From an uncultured delta proteobacterium (GTDB lineage: Bacteria > Desulfobacterota > Binatia > Binatales > Binataceae): a stretch of DNA of 64,000 nucleotides. Where the stretch lies: NCBI GenBank assembly GCA_963842085.1, contig CAWJET010000001.1:1728001-1792000 (forward strand). The letters are read 5' to 3'. The notes under the pieces were generated by a model that was given only the letters and a program-made list of their open reading frames with translations, searched no databases and was not told where the DNA came from. Both the position numbers and the translations under genes were made by a program. Below, piece by piece: positions 28,487 to 38,268 of this stretch. Within the stretch, counting starts at the first letter, position 1; the number at the start of each line of letters is the position of its first letter.

Positions 28487-29721
28487 ACGTATCGGTCGGG
28501 CTGATCGAAGGACAATCCGCCGTCGAAGTCGAATTGACGGGTACGTTTGCGGATGCTTCCGGCAAGCCGTACGCCGCCGGGCGCTACAGATTTACTTCCG
28601 ACGTTAAGCTCACGCCGTCGGACCCGGCATCGTGCGCGTTCGCGCTGGACGACGTCACGATCGGAATCGGATTTCATTGGCAACGCAAGGAGCGCCAGGT
28701 GTTCCGCGGGGCTTTTCGCCTCGTGAAACGAGAAGCCGGGCTGACGGTGACTAATGATGTTTCGCTCGAAGACTACGTCACGAGCGTGATTTCATCCGAG
28801 ATGAGCGCGTCCTGTCCGATCGAAATGCTGAAAGCTCACGCGGTGATTTCGCGCAGCTGGCTGTGGTTTCCGAAAGCAAATCCCTTGCGCTCCGGGAGCG
28901 GGCAGCGTCTCAATTCCCACGAAATCCTTCGCTGGTACGGCCGCGAAGCGCATCCGGATTTCGACGTGTGTGCCGACGACCACTGCCAGCGCTATCAGGG
29001 CATCACAAAAGCGTTCTCACCAGCGGCAGCCGAAGCGGTTCGCGCGACGGCCGGCGAGTTTCTCCGTTACAAGGGCGCTATCTGCGACGCACGGTTTTCC
29101 AAATCCTGCGGCGGAATAACCGAGCGCTACGCGACCGCCTGGGAAGATGAAGATATTCCCTATCTTGAATCAATCGACGACGGCCCGGCGCAGTCGTGCT
29201 CTTACACTCCTGAGACATGGATACGTTCAAGCCCGCCAGCTTACTGCAATACCCACGATTCGGAGCTTCTCTCACGCGTTCTTCCGGGATTCGATCGGGA
29301 GACCCGGGATTTCTATCGTTGGCGGGTCGAGTACACGCTCGAAGAACTTGCCGATCTGATCAGATCCAGGCTTGGCGCGGATCTTGGTCCGATTCGCGAG
29401 CTGCAGGCGCTCGCGCGCGGACCCTCAGGCCGAATATGTCGGCTGAAGATTACCGGAGAACGCGACTACATCATCATCGGTAAAGAACTGGAAATTCGCC
29501 GCGCCTTATCGCGCACACATCTTTACAGCTCTGCATTCGTCGTGGACCAGGAGGCCGGCCGCTTGGTCTTGAGAGGAGCCGGCTGGGGACATGGTGTCGG
29601 CCTATGCCAGATTGGGGCAGCAGTCATGGCAAATGAGGGCAAGACTTACACAGAAATCTTGCAGCATTACTATCGTGGAACCACTGTCAGGCCATCGCCT
29701 GCGCCGCGGCAAAGGCGCTAA
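28483..29721 (+). CDS. SpoIID/LytB-domain lytic transglycosylase
   Basis: LEDYVTSVISSEM, LKAHAVISRS, CADDHCQRYQG, GWGHGVGLCQIGA..ILQHYY. Confidence 0.93.
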   Translation: MNVSVGLIEGQSAVEVELTGTFADASGKPYAAGRYRFTSDVKLTPSDPASCAFALDDVTIGIGFHWQRKERQVFRGAFRLVKREAGLTVTNDVSLEDYVTSVISSEMSASCPIEMLKAHAVISRSWLWFPKANPLRSGSGQRLNSHEILRWYGREAHPDFDVCADDHCQRYQGITKAFSPAAAEAVRATAGEFLRYKGAICDARFSKSCGGITERYATAWEDEDIPYLESIDDGPAQSCSYTPETWIRSSPPAYCNTHDSELLSRVLPGFDRETRDFYRWRVEYTLEELADLIRSRLGADLGPIRELQALARGPSGRICRLKITGERDYIIIGKELEIRRALSRTHLYSSAFVVDQEAGRLVLRGAGWGHGVGLCQIGAAVMANEGKTYTEILQHYYRGTTVRPSPAPRQRR

Positions 29722-31223
29722 TGCGGAGGAAGCGCCGCCGCGATAGGTCCGCGGAGTGCCTGGTTTGCGACTGTGGGTGTTCGCTCACTGGTCGTCGCCA
29801 CGATCGGATCTGCGGGCGTCCCCCCTGCGCGTTCAGACCTGAGCGTCACGTCGCGCGCGATTCCTTCCTCGTCGTTTACTACTTCCCCGGCACGAAACCA
29901 GTCGATGGCATCATCAATCCTACTGGCCTGCGCAAAGGCCCGCACTGCTGCGATTCCACCGGTGCCTTTGCGGTATATATCTCTCTCGCTCTCGAGGAAA
30001 ATCCGCCCATCGTCAAGCTGGGCCAGCATCAGGGGCAGGTAAAGTGTTTCGCCGCGATCATCCAGATCGACGGCGTTGAACAGCGCTTCGATATCGTCGG
30101 GATGCAACCGGATGCACCCATGGGTTCGGTAGCTGTACACGCTGATGGGATGATTGGTGCCGTGAATCCCGATTATAGGGAAACTCAGCCCGATCCAGTA
30201 TTTGCCGAGCGGATTGTCGGGTCCGGGTTCGATCTCGTCCACGACCTCCCTGCCCTGTTCTTGCTCTTCCCGCTGAATCGACGCCGGCAAGCGCCAGGTC
30301 GGATCTTCGCGCATCTGGATCACCCTGAACACGCCGATGGCTAATCCCATCGGTATACGGACCAGAAGGTTAAAGGCGGTGACGGCCAGGGACAGCGCGA
30401 ACAGATCATCCCTGCTGCCGAAGCGGGCAAAAGCCAGGGTGAAGACCAACTGAGTCGTTCCGATTCCACCTGGTGAGAACGGCGAATTTCCGATCGCAAC
30501 AATGAATGGCGTCAGTGCCAACGTCTGCATGAGCGGGACCTCGATATGAAAGCTGACGAACTGTCCATAGAGCGCAAAGCCCGCTACCAGGACGATTAGA
30601 AATCTGATGCCGAGGAGCTTGATGTAATGGGACGACCGCGCCATGCGGAAACTCGCCATCGAGGGCCGTTCGTAGAGCCATCGGAGCCAATTGCCAGCGC
30701 GGAGCCACGAACCCCATAAGAGCCAAAACGATGCGATGAGACAACCCGCGCCCAGCACGCCTGCGGCGTAGTTGAGACCCAGCCGAATCGGTGACGTCGG
30801 CACGAGGGCGATCGCCAGGAGCGACAATGTGGTCAGCAGCATGGCGTCGAGATAGCCCTGGAACAACAAGGTGCATCCGCCCATTATCCAGGGCACGCGC
30901 TTGCGTGCGTGCAGAAAGAGCACGAACGCGCCGCTCGCGACGTAGGAGTTCACAATCTGAAGAAAATAGGCCGCAGCCATGGTCGGAAGCAGTTCGACAA
31001 CTCCGGTCGGATCGTGAAAATAACTGAACAAGCGGGAATACAAGACGGTTTCGCCGATAAACCAGAATAGAAAGCCGCCCAGGCTGGCAATGATAAAAAT
31101 CCAGAGCGTGGCGTGATTTCCGGCGCCGGCCACCTGCCTCCAGGAGACGCCGCGCGCCGCGTAGCATACGATTGCCGCCGCAATCGCATATGCTACTAGG
31201 TTTTGCACTACCGTTTTGCGCAC
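29718..31223 (-). CDS. fusion of lysylphosphatidylglycerol-synthase-type TM (flippase-like) domain and C-terminal L,D-transpeptidase (YkuD) domain
   Basis: About 8 TM helices with PFSPGGIGT, then PTW..GPDNPLGKYWIGL..IGIHGTN..THGCIRL; start approximate. Confidence 0.75.
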   Translation of the reverse strand: MRKTVVQNLVAYAIAAAIVCYAARGVSWRQVAGAGNHATLWIFIIASLGGFLFWFIGETVLYSRLFSYFHDPTGVVELLPTMAAAYFLQIVNSYVASGAFVLFLHARKRVPWIMGGCTLLFQGYLDAMLLTTLSLLAIALVPTSPIRLGLNYAAGVLGAGCLIASFWLLWGSWLRAGNWLRWLYERPSMASFRMARSSHYIKLLGIRFLIVLVAGFALYGQFVSFHIEVPLMQTLALTPFIVAIGNSPFSPGGIGTTQLVFTLAFARFGSRDDLFALSLAVTAFNLLVRIPMGLAIGVFRVIQMREDPTWRLPASIQREEQEQGREVVDEIEPGPDNPLGKYWIGLSFPIIGIHGTNHPISVYSYRTHGCIRLHPDDIEALFNAVDLDDRGETLYLPLMLAQLDDGRIFLESERDIYRKGTGGIAAVRAFAQASRIDDAIDWFRAGEVVNDEEGIARDVTLRSERAGGTPADPIVATTSERTPTVANQALRGPIAAALPPH

Positions 31224-31548
31224 CAAACTTTTACTCGCTCTGGCACGACAGTTTACCCGTCGCGGAACGTGTATTACAGGCTGTTCATCACCAGCACGAT
31301 GCACGCCGCGCAGATTTTCCTGTGGATCCTGAAAGGCGGGGCCGGACCTTGATCGATCTCGCCAGACCAAACGGCGGATTGCAGGTCAGGTGACCCGTCG
31401 AACATTACAATCGGTTCTCTGCGGAACATTAGTTGAGAATGCCGATGCTGGTAAGGTCCGAGTGTCTGGCCTGATAATTGTACTCTACATATCGGTGAGA
31501 TCCGGAGAACAGCCAGCGGCGACGCCAACCAATTAGAGGGTATAAATC

Positions 31549-32100
31549 ATGTTCAAATTCACGCACTCATCAGCGCGCACAATCGCGACGGCAGCCCTGT
31601 TCGGCGCTGTCGTTCTCTACGGGCCTTTCGCTATCGCTGCGGGCGGTTTCGCTGGCTCGGCGTCCACAGTCCAACCTGGCTCTGCACCGGAGATTCTGGC
31701 GCAAGCCTCCGCGTCGCCAGCAACGACGGAACCAGCGCCGGCACCGGGGACCGCTGAGGCTCGTGATCCTGTCGAGGCGCACATCAAGGAACTGCATAAC
31801 AAACTCCACATCACGGCCGCCCAGCAGACTCAATGGGATAGCCTCGTGCAGGTGATGCGAGATAACGCGAAGGCGATGATCGATCTGCAAAAGCAAAGAA
31901 AAGAGGACGTCAGCACGATGACGGCTGTCGACGCCGTAAAATCCTATCAGGCGGTCATCGAAGCGCATGAGAAAGGAATGGAGAAATTCGTTCCAGCCTT
32001 TGAGGCTTTGTATGACAGCATGTCGGACGCGCAGAAAAAGACCGCCGACGCCATGTTCCGAAGCCGGGTGCGTTCCGCGGCGGCAAAAGGCAGCAAGTGA
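31549..32100 (+). CDS. Spy/CpxP-family (LTXXQ) periplasmic protein
   Basis: Signal peptide; LHITAAQQTQW..LYDSMSDAQKKTAD. Confidence 0.88.
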   Translation: MFKFTHSSARTIATAALFGAVVLYGPFAIAAGGFAGSASTVQPGSAPEILAQASASPATTEPAPAPGTAEARDPVEAHIKELHNKLHITAAQQTQWDSLVQVMRDNAKAMIDLQKQRKEDVSTMTAVDAVKSYQAVIEAHEKGMEKFVPAFEALYDSMSDAQKKTADAMFRSRVRSAAAKGSK

Positions 32101-32173
32101 CTGACAATCGGGTACTACAATACGCAACCCGCCGACATGTCGCGATTCGCTCCAAGGAAAATGGAGAGTCACC

Positions 32174-32500
32174 ATGAAAAAGTACTCGGTAAACAAGATA
32201 AGTAAAATTGCAATTGCGGTCGGTTTAGGTGTCATGATGTGCGGTGCTGCAGTAAGTCCTGCATTCGCCGACGACCACGGCCGCGGACATCAAGAGGAGC
32301 GCCACGGAGATCAGGGCAGAGGCGACGATCGCGATCGGGGCGGAGTCTATGTAGCGCCGGTGCCTGACTACTATTATGCGCCCCAACCCAACTACTACTA
32401 CGCGCCTGAGCCGGACTACTACAATTACAACTACCCGCCCCAGCCGGAGTACTATCCGCCACCACCGTCGCAGGGCATAGATCTCTTCTTCGGGTTCTAA
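32174..32500 (+). CDS. small secreted Pro/Tyr-rich protein
   Basis: GGAGA RBS, signal peptide ending AFA, repeated (D/N)YYYAP units. Confidence 0.75.
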   Translation: MKKYSVNKISKIAIAVGLGVMMCGAAVSPAFADDHGRGHQEERHGDQGRGDDRDRGGVYVAPVPDYYYAPQPNYYYAPEPDYYNYNYPPQPEYYPPPPSQGIDLFFGF

Positions 32501-32559
32501 AAAGGATTCGGCTAGATCAAGTATTTCAGATTAGCCAAAGCTGAAATCAGGAGAATACG

Positions 32560-32943
32560 ATGTCCCTTAGATTTTTGTTGGTTGTCGAATTGCTATTGCT
32601 TCTGGCCGGTGGGCTTACGATGCAGGCCTACGGAGCCTCTTGTGCGGAAGCGCAGCGAATCCGGAACGTCTATTGGAACGATCTCAACACCGGGCATCCC
32701 TCCGCCGCTGCTGACCTTAAGAGTCAAAACGAGTGGGCGTTCCGCGGCACTTGTGGGTCCTACGATATGTATAACTATGGTGACTACGACCACGATCGTC
32801 ATTGGCACGACTCGGACTGGTGGGTCGGCCATGATCAAGGTTGGGTCAAGCAGCATCATCCGAACTGGATGAAGCAACACGAACATCACGATAACGGCCA
32901 CGGCCAGGATCACAGCCAGGGTCATGGTCACGATAACCATTAG
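32560..32943 (+). CDS. small secreted His-rich protein
   Basis: AGGAG RBS, signal peptide, WHDSDWW..WVKQHHPNW and His-rich tail. Confidence 0.7.
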   Translation: MSLRFLLVVELLLLLAGGLTMQAYGASCAEAQRIRNVYWNDLNTGHPSAAADLKSQNEWAFRGTCGSYDMYNYGDYDHDRHWHDSDWWVGHDQGWVKQHHPNWMKQHEHHDNGHGQDHSQGHGHDNH

Positions 32944-33000
32944 TCTTCCCGCGACCTGAATTGGAGAAGTTCGCCGGATCCCAGTTCAAATCTTGCAGTT

Positions 33001-33230
33001 ATGGGCGCCGTCTTCGCCAACGCTCCGATTGAGCCAGCCGCCGTGGCCGTTCGGATCGCGAAGATCCATGGTGAACTTCCGATGCTCTGTGTCGGTGTCT
33101 CCCAAGCCACCGTGTCGCGCTACATGCCTGCTCGAAGCCGACGGTCAGGACAATGGCGGCGGACTTTTCTTCGCAATCAAGCCATGGCCTTCCCAGGGCG
33201 ACGCGTGAGAGCCACTCCGCATCGACAGCG
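33001..33230 (+). pseudogene. degenerate rve-type integrase/transposase remnant
   Basis: KIHGEL..VSQATVSRYMP..RTFLRNQA matches the WGAPRIHGELLKLG..VSQATVSRYM..WRTFLRN motif of IS integrase-core proteins; decayed. Confidence 0.7.
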
Positions 33231-33281
33231 AGGACTAAACTGTTGTAAAGAGACTCGAACGCTAGAACAGGAGTCCTTTGC

Positions 33282-33932
33282 ATGGCACTGAAGATCGTCG
33301 GCGCCGGATTCGGACGAACCGGCACGCTCTCACTCAAAAGCGCGCTCGAGAAACTAGGCTTCGGCCCCTGTTATCACATGGCGGAAGTTTTTCCTCGGCC
33401 TGAGCACGTCGCGATGTGGCATCGGCTGGCATTCGGGCATCCGATGGACTGGGACGAGATCTTCCGCGGCTTCCGCGCGACGGTCGACTGGCCGGCGGCG
33501 CGATGGTGGCGCGAAATCGCCGCATACTATCCGAATGCGAAAGTGCTGCTCTCGGTGCGCGATCCGGAAGCCTGGTACAGGAGCATGAGCGAGACAATTT
33601 ACCAGCCGATGAAATCGCCAGCGCCCGACGGCGCACCGGAACTCGTCCGGCTCCAGACCGAGATGGCCCGAAAGGCAGTGCTAGCCGAGACCTTCGACAA
33701 CCGCTTCGAGGACAAGGCTCACGCGATAGAGGTGTTCAAGCGGCACAATCAGGAAGTGCGCGCCACGATCGATCCTGCGCGCCTGCTCGAGTTCGACGTG
33801 CGGCAAGGATGGGCGCCGCTGTGCCGTTTCCTCGAGGTGCCTATACCTGACGAACCGTTCCCGCGGCTCAACGACACCGCGACAACTCAGGCAATGATCC
33901 GGCTCATGCAGGAATCAATCGGCAAAGGCTGA
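33282..33932 (+). CDS. sulfotransferase-family (P-loop) protein
   Basis: GAGFGRTGTLSLKSALEKLGFGPCYHM, VDWP, GWAPLCRFL..PFPRLN. Confidence 0.92.
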   Translation: MALKIVGAGFGRTGTLSLKSALEKLGFGPCYHMAEVFPRPEHVAMWHRLAFGHPMDWDEIFRGFRATVDWPAARWWREIAAYYPNAKVLLSVRDPEAWYRSMSETIYQPMKSPAPDGAPELVRLQTEMARKAVLAETFDNRFEDKAHAIEVFKRHNQEVRATIDPARLLEFDVRQGWAPLCRFLEVPIPDEPFPRLNDTATTQAMIRLMQESIGKG

Positions 33933-34152
33933 TTGCTAGCGTCCGCGACCTGCGGCCTGGTAGCTGCGTTCCGCATTTGCCGGTTTCGATGCTTCGAGTT
34001 TTTTAGGATACCGCTCTACGTCAGGCATGAACGCCGGATGCTGACGCAGTCAACACGCCTTTGGGTCCCAGATCGCGGGCGATGGACTCGGCGAGAATTC
34101 GTTGCGCTGCCTCGGACCTACACCGGTCACGATTGCAACTGGGCTCGTGTCA

Positions 34153-35364
34153 TTATCCACCAGCTGATTCCTTTTTGGACTGACTGTTGATGACACGGCT
34201 GTTTTCGAAGTGCGCTATGGCGTACGCGTCGTAGCCGATCTCTTCGAGGAGGGAGGCACTGTCCGCGCCTAGTTGAGGCGCCAGCCTGCGCACGGCAGTG
34301 GGCGTGCGATCGAAGCGAGCCGCCGCCCTCGGCATGCGGACTCTCCCGAGCGCCTCGCTGTCAAACTCTTCGAGGATATGGTTCTCACGGACCTGGCGGT
34401 CGTGCAGCAGTTCGAAACGGCTGACAACCGGCGCCGACGGAACATCGTTGGCGAGCAACCGCGGCAGGATTTCGTCGGCGCGCCACTTCTCTAGCTCCGC
34501 CGAGGTTATGGCGCGGCGCTCGACGGCATTGATCGATCGATCGCGCGCGGTCTTGAAATGAGGATCGTTGATGAGATCCTGCCGATTGAGCGCCCGGCAC
34601 ATGCCGGCCCATTCGTCGTCCGACAGCGCAGCCGCGGTTATGTAACGGTCCTGCGTGGCGAATACCAGATCGGGACCCACCTCGCCGTCCGAGGGATCGG
34701 TCTCGGCACCTACAAAGGTCAAACTCGGCATCGCCTCGGGCCACAGATAAGAGATCATCGCGTCCAGCATAGAGAGCCGCACGTGCTGTCCCTGGCCGGT
34801 GCGCTCGCGCGCGAAAAGCGCCGCGGTTATGGCCTGGGCCGCGGTCAGAGCGGTCGTGTAGTCGGCTATGATAGTTCGCACCATCCGTGGACGCCCAGTG
34901 TCCCTGTCACGCTGGATATCCGCGAGGCCCGACATAGCTTGAATCACGGGGTCATAGGCGCGCTGGTTGGCATAAGGGCCGGCGGTTCCATACCCCGTGA
35001 TCGACACGTAGACAATGTCGCGCCGGATAGCTCTCACTACCTCCTCGCCGAGTCCCATGCGCTCCGCAATGCCCGGACGAAAGTTGTGAGCAAACACTTG
35101 CGCGGTAGCTATCAGCTTCTTTACGATTTCGAGACCATCGGTTGACTTGAGATCGACCGCTAGCGAGCGCTTATTGCGGTTGCAGCTCAGGAAGGATGCG
35201 TTGATCCCGTTGCGGCCCCGGCTGAAGTGACGCATAAGGTCGCCATCTGGCGATTCGATCTTGATAACGTCGGCACCCTGGTCGGCAAGCATCATGGTCG
35301 CGACAGGTCCCGCGACCATTGTCGTCAGATCTAATATCCGCACTCCTTCAAGCGCACCCGGCAT
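34153..35364 (-). CDS. CaiB/BaiF family III CoA transferase
   Basis: LEGVRILDL..AGP..LADQGADVIKIE, NRNKRS, NFRPG, AYD. Confidence 0.95.
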   Translation of the reverse strand: MPGALEGVRILDLTTMVAGPVATMMLADQGADVIKIESPDGDLMRHFSRGRNGINASFLSCNRNKRSLAVDLKSTDGLEIVKKLIATAQVFAHNFRPGIAERMGLGEEVVRAIRRDIVYVSITGYGTAGPYANQRAYDPVIQAMSGLADIQRDRDTGRPRMVRTIIADYTTALTAAQAITAALFARERTGQGQHVRLSMLDAMISYLWPEAMPSLTFVGAETDPSDGEVGPDLVFATQDRYITAAALSDDEWAGMCRALNRQDLINDPHFKTARDRSINAVERRAITSAELEKWRADEILPRLLANDVPSAPVVSRFELLHDRQVRENHILEEFDSEALGRVRMPRAAARFDRTPTAVRRLAPQLGADSASLLEEIGYDAYAIAHFENSRVINSQSKKESAGG

Positions 35365-35397
35365 TTACCTGCTCCTCGCAGCTGATCTCATCCTAGG

Positions 35398-36039
35398 TTA
35401 TCCCATCGCTGGAAAATTCCTTTCGAGAGCTTTCCGATATGCCGGCCGGACAACTATGCGCGAGCGATACTCATGCAGCGTGTCAGACAGGGGAATTCGG
35501 TCGGTCACCGCCCAATCGAGGCAAGTCATCAGAAGGATATCGGCGACGCTGAACTGGTCTCCCATAAGATATCGCCCCGACTTTGCGATCGTTGGAGCCA
35601 TCGCTTCGGCATTCTCCATGAAGTAGCTCCTGGCGGCCTCGACGGCCTTAGGCGCCGCGCCATAGATGTGCTCCAACCCTACGTGGCGGCGCATCACGTA
35701 GAGCGAGCCGGCGTCAAGCTCAGTCGCGATGAAATAACACCACTCGTTCAGAGCGGCCCGACTCTCAGGATTGCGAGGCGCTGCCATCAATTCGGGACTG
35801 GCAAAGGTCTCACTCAAGTACTGAATAATCGCGGCGCTCTCGGTCAGTATGAAAGCGCCGTGGCGAAGGACCGGAATCTTATGCCTGGGATTGAGCCGCA
35901 CAAATTCGTCGGTCTTGGTCTCTCCCGTGCGCGAGCCGATCGCATGGTAGTCATAATCCAGGCCCAGTTCGAGCAACATCCAATGAGGCCGCATCGTGCG
36001 GCTGGTCCCGACTCCCCACAGAGTTAAGTCATGCTTCAT
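35398..36039 (-). CDS. glutathione S-transferase
   Basis: GTSRTMRPHW, LNPRHKIPVL, ESAAI, FSVADI. Confidence 0.92.
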   Translation of the reverse strand: MKHDLTLWGVGTSRTMRPHWMLLELGLDYDYHAIGSRTGETKTDEFVRLNPRHKIPVLRHGAFILTESAAIIQYLSETFASPELMAAPRNPESRAALNEWCYFIATELDAGSLYVMRRHVGLEHIYGAAPKAVEAARSYFMENAEAMAPTIAKSGRYLMGDQFSVADILLMTCLDWAVTDRIPLSDTLHEYRSRIVVRPAYRKALERNFPAMG

Positions 36040-36061
36040 AGCAATCGCTCGCGCTCGCGGC

Positions 36062-36799
36062 CTAGAATTTTTCCTTGAACGGCCTGATATCGAGCTGGTG
36101 GCTCCACGCGCTGCGATCCTGATGTGCCAGGTACCAGAACGCGTCGGCGATCGCGGACGGCTTGAGGAAGTCTTCGTCCTGGGAGTCGGGGCGGAACTTC
36201 CTGAGCAGCGGCATATCGATGCCACCGTCCACGTTTACGTACGCGACGTGGATGCCTTGAGGATGAAGGTCGCGCGACATCACCTCGGCGAGGCCCCGCA
36301 CTGCAAACTTCGCCGGCGCGAACGCCGCGGAGGTCGGCCACGGCCGGACGCCGGCAGTCGCGCCGGTGATCAAAATCGAGCCGCTGCCGCGCGCGAGCAT
36401 TTCAGGCACGACCTGGCGCGCCCACAGAAACGCTCCTAAGGTGTGCAATCGCCACGTTTCCTCGAAGACCTTAGGCGTCGTTTCCATCAAGCGGCCCATC
36501 GGACGCCGGCCGCCATTGTAGATCAGGATCTCGATCGGACCGAGTTCGCGGGTGATTCCTTGATGCGCGGCCGCGACTTCCGCTTCGACAGTAGCGTCGC
36601 TCTGGATTGGAAGCGCGACGCCGCCGGCCGCCTTGATCTCGCCGGTAGTCTTTCCAATGATTTCTGCGCTCCTGGCGATGAGCGCAACCTTGTAGCCCGC
36701 GGCGAAGCGCAGCGCCAAGGCCATGCCAAGCCCTTCGCCGACGCCGACCACCACGCACACTTTGCCCGATTTAACCGAGGTAGAATCGTTCATAATCAT
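36062..36799 (-). CDS. SDR-family oxidoreductase
   Basis: GVGEGLG, TGATA, FAPAKFAVRGL, GIHVA. Confidence 0.92.
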   Translation of the reverse strand: MIMNDSTSVKSGKVCVVVGVGEGLGMALALRFAAGYKVALIARSAEIIGKTTGEIKAAGGVALPIQSDATVEAEVAAAHQGITRELGPIEILIYNGGRRPMGRLMETTPKVFEETWRLHTLGAFLWARQVVPEMLARGSGSILITGATAGVRPWPTSAAFAPAKFAVRGLAEVMSRDLHPQGIHVAYVNVDGGIDMPLLRKFRPDSQDEDFLKPSAIADAFWYLAHQDRSAWSHQLDIRPFKEKF

Positions 36800-36817
36800 T
36801 TCCCGCCGGCTCTATTG

Positions 36818-36858
36818 ATGACGCTCGTCATGTTTGGTATATTAATGACGTGCGTAAT
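36818..36858. promoter_or_regulatory. tandem TetR-type operators in a divergent promoter
   Basis: ATGACG-ct-CGTCAT (36818..36831) and ATGACG-tg-CGTAAT (36845..36858). Confidence 0.65.
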
Positions 36859-36899
36859 CATATGTGTCAAGGACCGAGCGACAGAATCCGGGGAGCTGG

Positions 36900-37502
36900 A
36901 TGCGAGTTTCGAAAGAAAGGGCTGCGCAGAACCGCGAACGAATCCTGACTTCCGCCGCGCGACTGTTCCGCGAACACGGCATCGGCGCCACCGGAGTTGA
37001 CTCGATCACCGAGGATGCAGGCCTGACCCACGGCGGGCTCTACAGCCAGTTCGGATCCAAGGAGGCGATCGCGGCCGAAGCGATTCGCTTTGCGCTGGCG
37101 CGGGGCAAGCGCGTCTGGCAGCGAACGGTCGAACGCCACCCGGGAAAGCGGGCGCTTCCCGCGATCGTTGAGAGTTACCTTTCTCCCGCCCATCGCGACG
37201 CACCCGGCAACGGTTGCGTGGTCGCGGCACTCGGCACGGACATCGCCAGGCAGCCCCGACGCGTTCGTCACGCTTTCACCATGCAGTTGAAAGATGATCT
37301 TGAATTCCTGTCCCGGCTGATGCCGGATGACGGCCACGCACGGCGCTACCAAAACGCGCTGGTCGCGTTCGCTTCCATGGCCGGCGCGCTGATTCTCGCG
37401 CGTGCGGTCGACGACGAGGCGCTTTCAGATTTGATATTGAAGAGCACCGCCAAGCGAGTGGTCAAGGCTGCAAAAGTCCGGGCAGGCGTCCGCCGGTCCT
37501 AG
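36900..37502 (+). CDS. TetR/AcrR-family regulator
   Basis: NRERILTSAARLFREHG..AGLTHGGLYSQFGSKE; GGGAG RBS. Confidence 0.95.
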   Translation: MRVSKERAAQNRERILTSAARLFREHGIGATGVDSITEDAGLTHGGLYSQFGSKEAIAAEAIRFALARGKRVWQRTVERHPGKRALPAIVESYLSPAHRDAPGNGCVVAALGTDIARQPRRVRHAFTMQLKDDLEFLSRLMPDDGHARRYQNALVAFASMAGALILARAVDDEALSDLILKSTAKRVVKAAKVRAGVRRS

Positions 37503-37520
37503 ACGCAAGGAGGATTACCC

Positions 37521-38264
37521 TTGGAACACCGAAATGCCACGGCAGCAGTCATAGGAGCCGGCGATTACATCGGCGGCGCAATCGCCAAAAAATTCGCAGC
37601 CGAGGGCTTCACCGTCTTTGCGGGCCGCCGCCAGGGCGACAGACTCGCGCCATTGGTCGCCGAGGTCCAGGCGAACGGCGGCCGAATCTCTGCGCGCTCG
37701 CTGGACGCGCGCAAGGAAGATGACCTCACCGCTTTTCTGCAGGACGCCGACAAGCAAGCGCCGCTCGAGGTTTGCATCTTCAATATCGGCGCTAACGTCA
37801 ATTTCCCGTTGCTCGAGACGACCGATCGCGTGTTCCGCAAGGTCTGGGAGATGGCCTGCTACTCCGGGTTCGTCGCGGGCAGAGAGGCGGCCCGCCTGAT
37901 GCTTCCGCACGGGCGCGGATCTATTTTCTTTACGGGCGCCACCGCCAGTATGCGCGGCGGAGTCGGCTATGCGGCATTCGCGGCTGCGAAATTCGGTCTG
38001 CGCGCGGTTGCACAAAGCGCGGCGCGGGAACTCGGCCCGAAGAATATCCATGTCGCTCATCTGGTGATCGACGCTGGAGTGGATACGGCGTGGGTGCGCG
38101 ATCGAATCAGGGAACGCGAGGGCGACGAGGCGATGAAGAACCTCGACCCTGGACGGCTCATGCGGCCGGCGGCCGTGGCCGAGGCATATTGGCAGCTCTA
38201 CCAGCAGCCGCGTGACGCGTGGACCTTCGAGCAGGAGATCCGTCCCTTCGGAGAAAAATGGTGA
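37521..38264 (+). CDS. SDR-family oxidoreductase
   Basis: GAGDYIG, FNIGAN, FTGATAS, FAAAKFGLRA. Confidence 0.93.
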   Translation: MEHRNATAAVIGAGDYIGGAIAKKFAAEGFTVFAGRRQGDRLAPLVAEVQANGGRISARSLDARKEDDLTAFLQDADKQAPLEVCIFNIGANVNFPLLETTDRVFRKVWEMACYSGFVAGREAARLMLPHGRGSIFFTGATASMRGGVGYAAFAAAKFGLRAVAQSAARELGPKNIHVAHLVIDAGVDTAWVRDRIREREGDEAMKNLDPGRLMRPAAVAEAYWQLYQQPRDAWTFEQEIRPFGEKW

Positions 38265-38268
38265 GACC

